In this document: positions 11,899-24,768 of the stretch, piece after piece
How the letters are laid out: every line of letters starts with the position of its first letter
Position numbering within the stretch: the stretch's first letter is position 1
Assembly: GCF_009914755.1 (NCBI RefSeq)
Contig: NC_060932.1
DNA from: the human T2T-CHM13v2.0 reference genome, Homo sapiens
Strand: one strand, 5' to 3'
DNA length: 64,000 bases
Position numbers and translations under genes: made by a program
Notes under the pieces: model-generated
The model's input: the letters and a program-made list of their open reading frames with translations, nothing else
Database searches by the model: none
What the model was told of the DNA's origin: nothing

Positions 11899-13957
11899 GC
11901 TTAAAGCAGATTAAGAATAAATGAAGATAAATTGAGACCATAGTCTCATCTTGAACTTGCAAACTCCCAACTTTGTTGCTGTGATGTAGTCAATTCAATA
12001 TTAAATGAGGGGGCCATTCCTTGTCATTTTTAAAATTGTCCTTAACCTCTTTTCTTCATTAGGTCTTGGGAACATTTTTAAGTACAATGCCCAGCTCCTC
12101 ATATAGATTCTTAAAAAACAAAAAACAAAAAACAAAAAAAGAAAATTATTCTTCAAGATGTTGTACACAATTCATGAAGATTCACCTGTATCCTCAGTGG
12201 CTGAGGACAATACTGAGGAGATACCACCTTGGCTGCTAAGATTCAGAGTTTTGACATTTCTTCGTAAAGGCTTGCCTGGAGTCATCGTATTTTCTGACAA
12301 TATGGAAGAATTCAAGGATGATGTAATTTCCTCTTTGTAAGCACGTTATATCCATGCTACAGAAGCCTTAGAATCCAGTCATGTTCAAACATAACACTGT
12401 GACAAAAAAGCGAAGGTCATGTGTCTTCCAGATTAACAATCTCTAGAGTATATACACCTGCAATCAGATGCATCAATCAAGCTTTCCACTAAATCTGCCC
12501 TTTGTACTCAGGAACTATTGAGTTCACATAATAAAACTTCTGAGTCAAATCATCATCTGAAGGCATTTAACAGTATTCCATTCAATATTGAAATTGCATC
12601 AGTTTTGAGCTTACAGCTCATGAATCCCAGCCTGCATACTCATCAAGGGGCATCGCCTAGAAAATCCATTGGAGGCTAGAGGAGGGTTTCACTTCAATGA
12701 AGCAGTCTGTGGACTTCCTACTGCCCGGCGTGGATAATAAGACTCCTGTGCTTTCATCTGTTCAACCGGCAGCCCTGAGTTTGAACTGGTTAAGAGCACT
12801 GCAGTGAAATCTTCGGCAAATTCCTCAAAGGAGCTTACTCTGCAAATTATTTCTGTGAGCAACACATCACCCACTCTTGAAGCTCCTTTTAGTCTTTGCC
12901 TTCAAAATAATCCTGACATGAAAAAAAGATGGCAGCACTGGCATTGGACCAACCATATCAGAGTCCAACTTGATTTGCACCTGTAATTTCCCTGAGGAAA
13001 TGAAATACCTGAAATAATTCAGACACTAATTTCTTCATGAAGAATTTAAGTTGCTTCCCACTTTAGACCAAACACTTTGTCTGCCTAGCATAGTCCTGAA
13101 TAAATAAACTGGTGATAATTTCCATTTTGTTTAGTCTACGTAAAGTTTTTGCACTGTTTTAAATTGTAATTTGGTCACCCATGAATACTTTTTGATAAAT
13201 CTCACTTCAGGATGTTTTTGAACCTGGTAAAGTATCAACTTGGATCAACTTGGTAGCCTTCCTGTTGCCAATTTAAGAATACACATTTTTAAAGGAATAG
13301 TTAACTATGGAACAGAAAATAGGCAAGGAGAATCTTCATTTTAAGTAGACTTTGCAACCTGCCACATTAGCACATAGTGAGCAGTGCTTCCATTAATGAT
13401 CTTGTCAAGCAGACAATAAATTTTTTTCCTACAGAAAGAAAACTATATCCTGAATTCTTCATATTCATTATCTAGTCAAATACCTAGCAATTTTTAATGT
13501 GTTATAAAAGTTTGTCCATCCCAAAACTCAGCCTGAAAATTTAAACATCAGACATCCATAATACACATCACCCTTTCATTTTTTTCCCAGATCAAGATAT
13601 CTGAGAAACTGACCTAAATAAGCAATCTGAAAAGATTAAGGTTCCTTCAATTATTATACTACTTGTTCTCCAAATAACACACTAACTTCCTAGGAAGCAA
13701 GAATGATGAATTTAGAACAAATTGAAAGAAACAAATTTAAACTACTTGTCTAAATTATTTCAAATTTATTAAGTGTCCCAGCTCTACCTTAAACTCTAAT
13801 TTGTTATCAGATTATTTTTCCCAGGGTGTTATTGGGAGGAACAAAAATGAAACAAAAAAGGACCCACCAATTCATGTACACGACAGGTAAGAGATATACT
13901 GCTTTCTGTACTTGGTTTTTTCCTCCAATTAAAGTTTCCTGGTAAAAATCACATTAC

Positions 13958-14084
13958 CTTCGGCTACTTGATGATCCAGCCCGATTACCTGGGCCATTAC
14001 TTGAAACAACTGATATTGCATTTGCAATGGCCTCAACAGCAGAAAGCCTTTCTGCAAATGTATTTCTTTCAGAACGCTCCGCTT
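13958..14084 (-). CDS. UBR5: UBR5 exon ~22 (127 nt; EAERSERNTFAE...GSSSSR)
   Basis: ttttcag| and AAG|gtaatg; ORF 13954..14160. Confidence 0.96.
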
Positions 14085-14999
14085 CTGAAAAATGAGAAAA
14101 AATTAAGATCAATTTAAGTTTTAGAACTAATACACTGAGTATGTATAGTCCACTAAACACTAATCTCTATATATTTAGTATTCTAATTCACATACTAGAT
14201 AACCAATTGTTCAATTTTTCCTCCTTAGAGCAACTAACACTTCAGACAGACTGAACTATCTGATCTTTCACATGTGATTTATTTCCTTATTCCGCCTTCC
14301 TTCTCAATCCACGAAGGGCAAAAATAAGGTCATTAATAAGAAGACTGAAATTTAGCTTTCACTTATTAAAATAGAAAAAGACCTACTTACCAGTACTTCA
14401 GTCTCAGTTTATGTACTATGTATAATCCTTACTGATTCAATGATAATGACATAAAGGTCAGAAACCTGCAAACCACTATTCAAAAATGTAGCTACCAGAG
14501 TATCATCAGCAAATTCAAAAAAAAAAACACATTATGAATTACATATTAACACTTTGTCCTCAATTTCTCCCTTCATTTAGCCAATTAAAAACTTTATGGC
14601 AAAAAAAGCTTATTTACCTTCCAAAAACATATAACACCTCACTAAGTGATTTTTCTCCTCTACATTCTAAAAATTTAGATAAAAGTTGCCTCAATGTAAC
14701 TTGGCTTAACCTGCTAAATAATTCTCATGTAATAAGTCATCTGCAATTATAAAATCAGTAAAGTTCATTTAGCATTACATATCCAGTTTGTATATATCAT
14801 ATAGTATTAAACACAATAAAAACACACTGGTGCAAAATTTTTTTTCTTACATACCCATCTTTACCTTCTGAGAAAGTAAAAAAAAAAAAAAAAGGACACA
14901 CAAATTCTTTATAGTGATTTGCTTTTCTTTAACAACTGTTACATTTTCAAAATTGCCTAAAACTCCCTTTAAAGACCTTGCTATAGTTCTTAATCTCAC

Positions 15000-15210
15000 C
15001 CTCTTCTTCTTTAGTTTCTTTATTGCTGGTTGGAAAGCAAACTGATACACAAGCATGCAAAATATTTCGATTTCCATCACATCTGTGGCTGATGAATGTC
15101 TGCAGCATCTGTAGATTCTGCTCTAAAACAACCGCTTGCTCAAGATTCATTAGATATTGTCGACAGGCCTCATAGTCACAGCGCAGAATGTGTTGCATTA
15201 AGGTTTGTTT
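15000..15210 (-). CDS. UBR5: UBR5 exon ~21 (211 nt; KQTLMQHILRCD...TKEEE)
   Basis: cacag| and AGG|gtgaga; ORF 14947..15198. Confidence 0.96.
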
Positions 15211-15407
15211 CTGTGCTCAGACAAATTAGGGGAAAAAAACCTCAATGAATTTGAGTAGCACATTACATATATTAAAAATTTCTCATGGCCAACACAATAA
15301 TATATAATCAGATTTGCAAATCAGTAGAGACAATTTCAGGTGGCCTACCAAAAGAAACAGAACTTAAGGGTACACTTTAAGCAGAACATACAATCGACAG
15401 GAATAGA

Positions 15408-15563
15408 GAAGGGAGGGTAAACTTTCTGTTAAGGACAAGTAAATATTTTTAGCTTTCTCAACTAACTCAGCTCTGCAACTGAAACAGGAAAGCAGCCACA
15501 TACAATGCATAAATGAATAGGAGTGGCTGGATTCGGCCTTTGGGCCATAGTCTGCCAATCCTT
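15408..15563. mobile_element. MER58A-like hAT MITE
   Basis: aaactttctgttaagg...ggattcggcctttgggccatagtctgccaatcc. Confidence 0.65.
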
Positions 15564-15667
15564 GGTTTTTACTTCATGTTATCTATCTAATTAGAACCCT
15601 TTTAATAATGATAGCCAATTAAGCAAAGGATATAAATTTTATTCCAGGCTTACTCCCACCTTCTTAG

Positions 15668-15940
15668 GCTTTTGTGTGTGTGTGAGACAGTGTCTCACTC
15701 TGTCTTCCAGGCTGTAGTGCGGTGATGTGAACACAGCTCACTATGGCATCAACCTCCTGGGCTCAAGTAATCCTCCCGCCTCAGCCTCCCATGTAGCTAG
15801 CATGCACCACCACAGCAGGCTGATTTTTTGTAGAGGCAGTCTTGCCATGTTGCCCAGGCTGGTCTCAAACTCCTGGGCTCAAGTGATGCCCCCACCTCAG
15901 CCTCCCAAAGTGCTGGGCATGAGCAACCCACACCCAGCCC
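15668..15940 (-). mobile_element. AluJ-type
   Basis: Reverse-complement Alu with J-like ctcctgggctcaag. Confidence 0.88.
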
Positions 15941-16957
15941 TCTTATGCTATTAAAGGTTATATGAAAACCGATACCTTCAATTCTGCAGGGATCATGACA
16001 GGTGTAATTTAATTAACAAAGACACAGTGGTACTGATAAGTATTTATAGAACATATCATTAGCTTTCTGACAAATAGCATGAATATACCAAGAAGTTCAT
16101 TCTTTCACATTGGAAAACTGTAGTTGTGGAATATTTAATGAATCGAATATAAAGCTTTAGTTTTATAAAACAAAGTTGTTCATTTTAACTATAACTAGAA
16201 AAAAGCAGGTGGGAAAAGAGCATGTGGGAGTATAAAGGAAAAAAAAAAACTGCATTTGAACAACTTGCCACCTTCTGGAAAACTGTCAAAATAAGCTCTC
16301 CCCTATCCCCAACTTGAGAGCGGGTGGAGAACAGATGTCCACACAAGAAAACACACCTAAACAACTATTTTCACTATCCACTACACGTGAGACAGGCCAC
16401 TTTGATTGTGGAACTAACTATGGCTCTGAAGTCACCTCATCAACAGCAAGCTCCAGTTCATGAGGAGCTTAATACTAAACTTTCCAAAACATAGGGAAAT
16501 TTATACAAAATATGTGTTGAGAGAAAATGTCAAAGTCTCCCTGAAGAACAAAGAACAGAGTACTTTCAAAGGGCAACTAAAATCAAGATATTCTGTTGTA
16601 CGGTGCTGTCATATACACTGGTTTCAAGTAACAGCAAATTATTTAGTTAGAAGCAGCTACTACTCTACAGGAAACTCTTATCTCCAACCTGCCAGACTAT
16701 AGTAGATGGGCTCTCACACTGAGAGTATCAATACTACTTAGTTGTGTTACAAGCAGAAAAGTTTACTCTGCATCATTGTATGTTACATCTGTCAGTTATT
16801 CTTATAGCAAAAGGCAGAGTGAGTTCAATAAAAAATTTCTTGTGGGTCTACTGTGTGGTAGGCCCTAGTCACTGAGGTAGGTATAAAGACTAATCATGAC
16901 ACACTTCATCCCTACCTGCGGGATGATGACTCTACCTGTCAGATCCTGACAAAGTGA

Positions 16958-17290
16958 AGAGGTCACAGAATCAAATGCCTACACTTGAAGTAATATAAAT
17001 GAATGAAGGAGGCTGTGTGTAAAAGAGATAACAGAAGCTGTATACTAAATGGCATCACTAGCACTTGGAGCAACAAACTCTAAGTAGTGAGAACTGCAAT
17101 GAATTGTAAAGACCAGTCTAATGTTTTTGGGATGTAGATTACGAGGCCCAATTTCACCAGATCTTCTAAAATTAAAATCTGGATTTTAAATGTAAATCCT
17201 GTGATTTTTCAATATTGGTAACCCATCAAGAATTCTAAAATGATATGAAGGCTATTTCTAGACATCAAGTTCAGACCACAGCTACCTCTG
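16958..17290. mobile_element. MER102-like hAT fossil
   Basis: ggtcacagaatcaaatgcctac...ccagatcttct...aaatctggatttt. Confidence 0.55.
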
Positions 17291-18741
17291 TATCATCACC
17301 TCCTTTAGTTTGAAACCACTAGTGCAGTAGGTTACAAGCAAAGCTAAGCTAAGAATGAGTCTGGGTGTCTAAATAAAAGCTTACAGATAGTGCTCATAAG
17401 CACCTGGATTCAGTCTATTTTAGATGCAGTTCTAAAAAGTACTTCTCACCTCCAATCTAATGGAGGGTGAATATGCTCCCATATTAAACTCCATTTCCAT
17501 CCTTTATAGAAAAACTGCTCAAAAAAGTTGCTGATATTTATCTTCAGTTCCTCACCTCTCATTTTCTCCTAAGTTCACTCTAATGCTTTCATCCCCACTA
17601 TCAATGATGACCTAGATGGAGCTAAATCCAACAGTCAATATTCAGTATTCACTTCACTGACCTACCACATCACTTGACACAGTTGGTCCCAACATCCTGC
17701 TTGACATGTGCTCTTCATTTGACTTCCAGGACACAACTCATTCTAGCTTTCCTCCAACCCTGTGGATGTTCCTTCTCGATCTCTTATGCTCGTTCCTCTT
17801 TATCACCCTAACATTTAAATGTTGAGACTATTCTCAGGACTTAGTCCTTGGACCTTTTCTCCTCACCACCTCCATGATCTTGTTCAATATAATTCCTCTA
17901 AATAAACAACTCCCAAGTAAATTTCTCCAGCTTGAGCCTTTCTCTCTTAGTCAGACTTACACATCTAACTTTCTACTTGCCATCTCCTCTTGGTCCAGGA
18001 ATCTGTCAGATAATCTTCTAATAGACAACTTAAATTTCACCTGTCTAAAACCAAATTCCTGAACCTTCACCTTCACTTCTTCTATCAGAAGAGACATCTA
18101 TTAAAATGTCTTCACATTCACTTCCTCTATCAGAAGAGACATCTTAAACTTCACGTCTAAAACCAAACCCTTGAATCTTCTTCACTTCTATAGTCTTCAA
18201 CTCGGTAAATGACAACTTCATTCTTCCAAAACCATTAACCCTCTTGCTTCGTCTATTTGATACCCTACATTTAGCCATTAGCAAATCTATTAGTTCTACC
18301 TTAAAAAGATACCTAGTACAGTCATGTGCTGCATAAAAACATTACGGTCAATGATGGACCACATATATGACTGTGGTACTATAAGATTATAATGGAGCTG
18401 AAAAGTTCCTATTGCCTAGTGACATCGTAGCTGTTGTTAAATCATACTGTTTGTGGCAGTGCTGGCATAAACAAACCTACTGTACTGCCAATCATATAGA
18501 AGTACAGTACATACAATTTATGTACAGTATAATATTCGATAATGATAAAACTAGGTCACTGATTTCTAAAGTATTTACTATACTTTCTTTGGTTACTTTA
18601 GAATGTACTTCTTCTATCTATTTTTTTTAAAGTTAACTAAAACAGCCTAAGGCAGGTCCTTCAGGAGGTATTACAGAAGAAGGCATTGTAAATTGCACAT
18701 TTTTTAAAAAGGCAGTAAAAAATTTTAAATATAGAAAAAGT

Positions 18742-18875
18742 GCTTAATACCTGGGTGATGAAACAATCTGTACAAAAAACCCTGTACATGAGTTTACCCT
18801 GCAGTAAAATCTCACATGTACTCCCAAGCCTAAAAGTTTTTTTTTTAAAAAAAAAAAAAAGAAAGAAAGAAAGAA
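18742..18875 (+). mobile_element. 5'-truncated primate L1 3' end nested in Tigger3
   Basis: gcttaatacctgggtgatgaaacaatctgtaca...gcctaaaag + A-rich tail. Confidence 0.7.
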
Positions 18876-18940
18876 ATGAAAACTCTGCCCCTCCCCCCCA
18901 AAAAACCCTTAAGGATATAGGAAAGAAAGTTATTTTTTAG

Positions 18941-19318
<378 letters not shown>

Positions 19319-20251
19319 TAAAAAAAATTTAGTGTAGCCTAAGTGTACAGTGTTTATAAAGTCTACAGCAGTGTACAGTAATAACATAAGCCCTCACATT
19401 CACCTACCACTCACTCACTGACTTACCCAGAGCAACTTTCAATCTTCTAAGCTTCATTTGTGCTAAATGCCCTATCAGGTGCACCTTTTTTTTATCCTTT
19501 AGACCGTATTTTTACTGTGCCTTTCCTATGTTTATGTAAACAACTACTTATCACTGTGTTACAAATGCCTACGGTATCCAGTACAGAAATACACTATATA
19601 GGTTTATACCCTAGGAGCAATAGGCTATACCATCTAGGTTCATGTAAGTGCACTATGTGATGTTTGTACAACAATGAAATCACCTAACAATGTATTTCTC
19701 AGAATGTATCCCTGTCATTAAGCAACACATGACTACGTAACTAGAATCTAGTCACATTTCACTCCTAACTCCACCCCCTGGGTAAGTCACTATCATCTCC
19801 CACCTGGATTATTATTATATCCTCCTAACTGGCACTCCTATTTACTCACTTTCACCCTAGTACTCTCAGCACGTCATAAGGAATCCTTTTAAAATGTTCA
19901 CTGATATCAGGTCAATCTCGGCTGAAATTGCTCCAATAGCTTCTAATGCACTGTCTCCACATCTAACAAATACTCTATCACAACAAACCACAACATGTTT
20001 AAAACTAAATTCATCCTTTTCCCTTATCCCATTTGTTCCCCCTCCTATATTTCTTCTCTACCATCAACCATGCCCAAATCAGAAGCTTTATTAATTCTTT
20101 CATTCACTGCTAAAATCCAGTTACCAAGCTTTACAGGTTCTAGTTTCTTAAGATCTCTTAAATCCATCCCCTCCTTCCTCATTTCCAAAAGTTGACATTT
20201 ACTTTGTTTCTAACCTGGATTATTGCCTGACTTTTTCCCTTTTTTTAAAAT

Positions 20252-20563
<312 letters not shown>

Positions 20564-21213
20564 TACATTAACCTTTTTATCTGATCTCTAAACTTCTGAT
20601 ATCTATCAGCTGCTCTCTAAACACCCACCAGCCACTGCTGATCTTTTTTAAAAAATCAAAAGCACGTCATTCACTGGCTTATAATCCTCCTCCTCCTCCT
20701 CGCTTTCAGGCTGAAGTTTAGGTAGCGTTAGGTGAACACACAAACACCCTAGTGCCCCTCTCCAGCCTTTTCAGTTGCTACTCACTGACCCACAGGATCC
20801 CTACCAGAATTCTGGTCATATCAAAAAAAAGTACTTTCTCCCAACTTATTAATAAGATTCACAAAGGTTGCTCTTGGTGCCTGGGATAATACCTCCCAAC
20901 TCCATCCCTGTGTCTAAGGGGCCTATCTGATCTGTCCGGGTATCGCTTCTTAAAGAAGTCTTTGGTACAGTCACAGTATGATTTATATCTCTCCCCTTTG
21001 TGCTCCTACAACATTATGCATGCCTTGCTCAAACACTTAAATTACACGATAATCACTGATGTACTTGTCTATGTAGTTTTAATAGACCATTAGCTCTTTT
21101 AGGGAAGAAAGGGGCAATGAATGATCTATTTAAGATTGTTGCAAGATCTATTCAAGACTATTTAGTGGTGTTTTGTGAATTAAAATGCCCAGTAGTTTCA
21201 ATACTCAAATTAC

Positions 21214-21411
21214 CTCTACAGCCATGATGATAACAGCAGCTTTCTTTTTGATTGTTGAATTGGCAGGAAGATTTATTAAAGAATGCACACCCATTCCAAG
21301 ACTACTAATAGGTGGAAGATCCAGCCAATCGGGATCCCTTATTCCTCCCATGCAATCTTTGGCCATTGGGTAGATGGTACCATTTCCATCTCGAAGAATA
21401 ATGGGAGATTC
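21214..21411 (-). CDS. UBR5: UBR5 exon ~20 (198 nt; ESPIILRDGNG...IMAVE)
   Basis: ttatag| and GAG|gtaatt; manual translation. Confidence 0.95.
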
Positions 21412-21649
21412 CTATAATAATGGGAAAATGGTAAAGTTTGACTCCTAATCAAAAAATGTATCTGATTTTTACAGGCATATTTATTTCCAAATTAGATTTT
21501 AGTAATAGTAATAAGAAACCTAGTATTCAAATGTGCTAAATATTCTAGGTTTTTGAATAATTGATAAGCTAACCAGAGCCAGACCCCCTAACCTCACAAA
21601 AATGCCATTGTTGTCCTATCACTTTTCAAAAGCAAAAATGAGCCTCTAC

Positions 21650-21804
21650 CTGTCCAGCAGTGAAAATGGCTACATTCCTCTCATTCTGACCAAGGAAAGC
21701 AATGCTGCTTGTAGGAAAATTATTTTCCTGTTCTGCTTTTCCTGTAGCAAGATCAAAGATACAGTATCGTACCCAATTTCCAGTCTTCAGAACAGCATGA
21801 ACAC
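21650..21804 (-). CDS. UBR5: UBR5 exon ~19 (155 nt; GVHAVLKTGNWVRY...TAGQ)
   Basis: ctgaag| and CAG|gtagag; ORF 21626..21862. Confidence 0.95.
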
Positions 21805-22048
21805 CTTCAGAAGCACATAAATGAGAAGAAAAATTGTTATACATCTTATCTCTAATAAACATCTACAATATTTTAACTTCTCTGGCCACACTTGTAAGTC
21901 AATTCAAACAGATACATGCCATTCCATAATGTTACAGATAGGGAACAAAAAAATGCCAATGCCCTGAATTATTTTATCATATTCCCATTTCCTGAACAAG
22001 TATTAATGGAATATAGGATATGCCAGCTGAAGAAGTTTCAAAATTTAC

Positions 22049-22160
22049 CTTTGGAATCTACATTCACTGCTAATATTTCTGTTTTTTCAGGTATACAAAG
22101 CTTTTTAGGAGTCCTTTGGAAACAGTCGGGAACCTTCGGTGTTCCACCAGTTTTGACAAC
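22049..22160 (-). CDS. UBR5: UBR5 exon ~18 (112 nt; VVKTGGTPKVP...VDSK)
   Basis: atgcag| and AAG|gtaaat; manual translation. Confidence 0.95.
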
Positions 22161-22256
22161 CTGCATGACACAAAAGGAATTTTGCTTTCAAACTCCATAA
22201 TAAACTCACGGAGTCAGTTCCAATATTCACTTGCTGAATAACTTCTTTACACTTAC

Positions 22257-22400
22257 CTGCAATTCATCAATTCTAAGTAACCTACAATCCTGCAGGAGAG
22301 AAGAAGGGTCAGCATCTGGACCAGAGCTGTTCTGACAGTTAGTATTACTGGAGGTTCCTGGAAATTTTACAGCAACATAGGCACCATCTACTTTTAGCAC
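22257..22400 (-). CDS. UBR5: UBR5 exon ~17 (144 nt; [11 protein letters not shown]...IDELQ)
   Basis: ttccag| and CAG|gtaagt; manual translation. Confidence 0.95.
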
Positions 22401-22719
22401 CTGGAAGTATAGGCAAATTCAATGAACATTAGCAATAGCTTATATAAAATCAACATACAAATTCTATTCACTGAACTAATTTAATGTTAAAGGAATCCAA
22501 TTCTTTGTATGTTTCTTCAATGATCACCAAGTTATAAAATCAACCCAGACAGACTCTGAGCTTTGCTACTGACATCTATATTCAAGGCTCATTTGCTAGA
22601 GAAAACTGACCCACACAGCCAGTGATTACAGTCAGTGAATGTTTTCAGTAATCAACTGAAAAACTTAAGTATATAGCCCGTGAAATCCTCCCATCTCCTA
22701 ATTAAATTAAAGCAGCCTT

Positions 22720-22917
22720 CGGTCTGACAGAACTTTCTTGAAAATGGCAACGTTCTATATTGGCGGTGTCCAATACGGCAGCCATTAGCCATAAGTGGCT
22801 ACTGAGCACTTGAAATGAAGCTAATGTGACGAAGGTGCTGACTTTTTTAAGTTATTTGATTTTAACAAATTTAAACAGCCACATATACAGCTAGTGGCTA
22901 CAATACACTCAACACAG
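22720..22917. mobile_element. MER3/MER33-like hAT MITE
   Basis: gtccaatacggcagccattagcca...gtggctactgagcacttgaaatg. Confidence 0.65.
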
Positions 22918-23718
22918 GGATAGGGTCAGCAATGCACAGAAAGACAAGCACAGAATTTGAAACCAGGACAAATTTGGGTCCCACTTCTGCTACTTGATGC
23001 TTTTTATTTTAAGCCCGTATCTAATTCTCAGAAGAAAACACCTACCCATGAACTACAGGTCTATTTTGAGAATCAAATGAAACGGTATATGAGAAAGACC
23101 TTTGTAAGCTGCAGAAACTGGTATATCTGCTCTTTCCTTTAAGTATAAATGAAAGACTATCACGTTTCAGAAACTACTGAGTAATCATGAAAACCTTTAC
23201 TTTACAGACATTCTACAACTGCAAGTGCATTTTAAATATGTGTCAGTAGAAGAGTGAAATTAATGGCACTCAAATTGATGGTTTCTTAGAAGGCAAAACA
23301 GAAGAGAGGAGAAAAAGTGGAAGGTGACTTGTAATAAGGTTTTTCAGTACTCTGGAAGAATTTTAAATGTCATGGAAGATGATCTCAACTAGAACTAAGA
23401 GATCCAACAAATGGGCTGTACCAAAAAGTAACGTATCTCTATGCAACTTTTCTACAAAACTAAAACTATTCCCAAATAATAGTTTTTTTAAAAAGCAACA
23501 TATCATCACAAATGCTCAAAGAGAGGCATAATCTCTTCATCTGTCAGCGACTGAGAAGACAGATCTGCATCAGATGCAGGGGTGCAACTAAAGATACCAC
23601 TGAAGATGATAAATAAAACAGCCCTGAAGAAAGGACTCAGATATCAACCACAAATCCCTGGATAACCAATATCATTATAATTCTGTTAGTAATTAAGTTT
23701 TAGATATCTTGAACAAAC

Positions 23719-23831
23719 CTTGCCAACAGGAACATTCTTGACATCTTCCACAAAAACCACTTCCCGAAGAGACCACTGCTCTTCATTCACCTTTTCCTCT
23801 TCTTTTGGTGCAGGGGTTGACCGTCGTCGTT
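23719..23831 (-). CDS. UBR5: UBR5 exon ~16 (113 nt; [13 protein letters not shown]...PVGK)
   Basis: tctaag| and AAG|gtttgt; manual translation. Confidence 0.95.
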
Positions 23832-24658
23832 CTTAGACAACAACAAAATGGTAAGTACCAAAAAGAAAATGTAAAAGAGACTTTATAGATTTCATCTAAA
23901 TTTATAAGAAAGACTATCTTTAAAGGGATACATAAGTGAAGTTTCTCAACAATTTCCTAAGCTACTGCTTTATGAATTGGAGTTTTCTGATCAATCTGTA
24001 CTTCAAATAAATTCACAGTGAAGAACAACTGTAACCATTAATGTTTAATTGTATTAACACCAGTATAAACAAGTACAAAGAAATAGCGTAAAATGTATTT
24101 TGTACTCCCAAAATTATAGTATCTAACCAGAGTTTAAAAAGGAAGATCTGCCAGATAGTTTTAAGAAAACTATCACATAACTATTAAAGTCTAACTTTTA
24201 ATTTCCTAAATTGCAAAGCAATTAACACCATAAAATTTATTTTAAGGAATTTTTGAAAAAATTCTATCCATGGTGTGGCAGTAAGTCTAGGTTTATAAAT
24301 TTACAAATTTTGAGCAAAAGTTGTGACCAAGACATAATCAATTTACAATAATAAGAGTCTCAACAAAAGTGAGTAGATAGACTAGCTAGTGGCAATTATT
24401 TCCTTCTATTACTATCATGAATTTCACATATCTTTTTAAAACTCTAATTCTGAAAAACAACAGAAATACTCAACACTGTAAATACCATCTTTCTATTCAA
24501 AGAAGGTTATGCAAAAAAAAAAAACCAAAGTAATAGAGATACAAATTATATAAAAAGATGTAAAAAATGATATGAGTTGCCTTAAATCAGAAACAAACTA
24601 AACACAGCTGTCTGCATGAGACCTATTTTCACAAATGCATACAACAAATAAAACTTAC

Positions 24659-24768
24659 TGTATGGCATTGATGCACTGCTGGCAATTGAGGATGCATCAC
24701 TACACGTGGATGCTGGAGATGGTGGAGGACCCATTTCTGTTTTCACTGGCTCCTGCTTACTTTCAGGC
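24659..24768 (-). CDS. UBR5: UBR5 exon ~15 (110 nt; PESKQEPVKTEMGPPPSP...SMPY)
   Basis: tctcag| and ACA|gtaagt; manual translation. Confidence 0.95.

Noticed and set aside
12464-12556. Box C (ATGATGA) ... D'/D (CTGA) arrangement on the - strand, 93 nt, resembling a C/D snoRNA
   Set aside because: No terminal stem in the K-turn register, no well-placed C' box and no recognisable rRNA guide; such motifs are expected by chance. snoscan or small-RNA-seq would be needed.
12158-12986. Short ORFs (12158..12340 +, 12689..12874 -, 12804..12986 +) as a processed pseudogene or HECT-like fragment
   Set aside because: No recognisable homology after translating the frames, no TSD, and stops in all frames.
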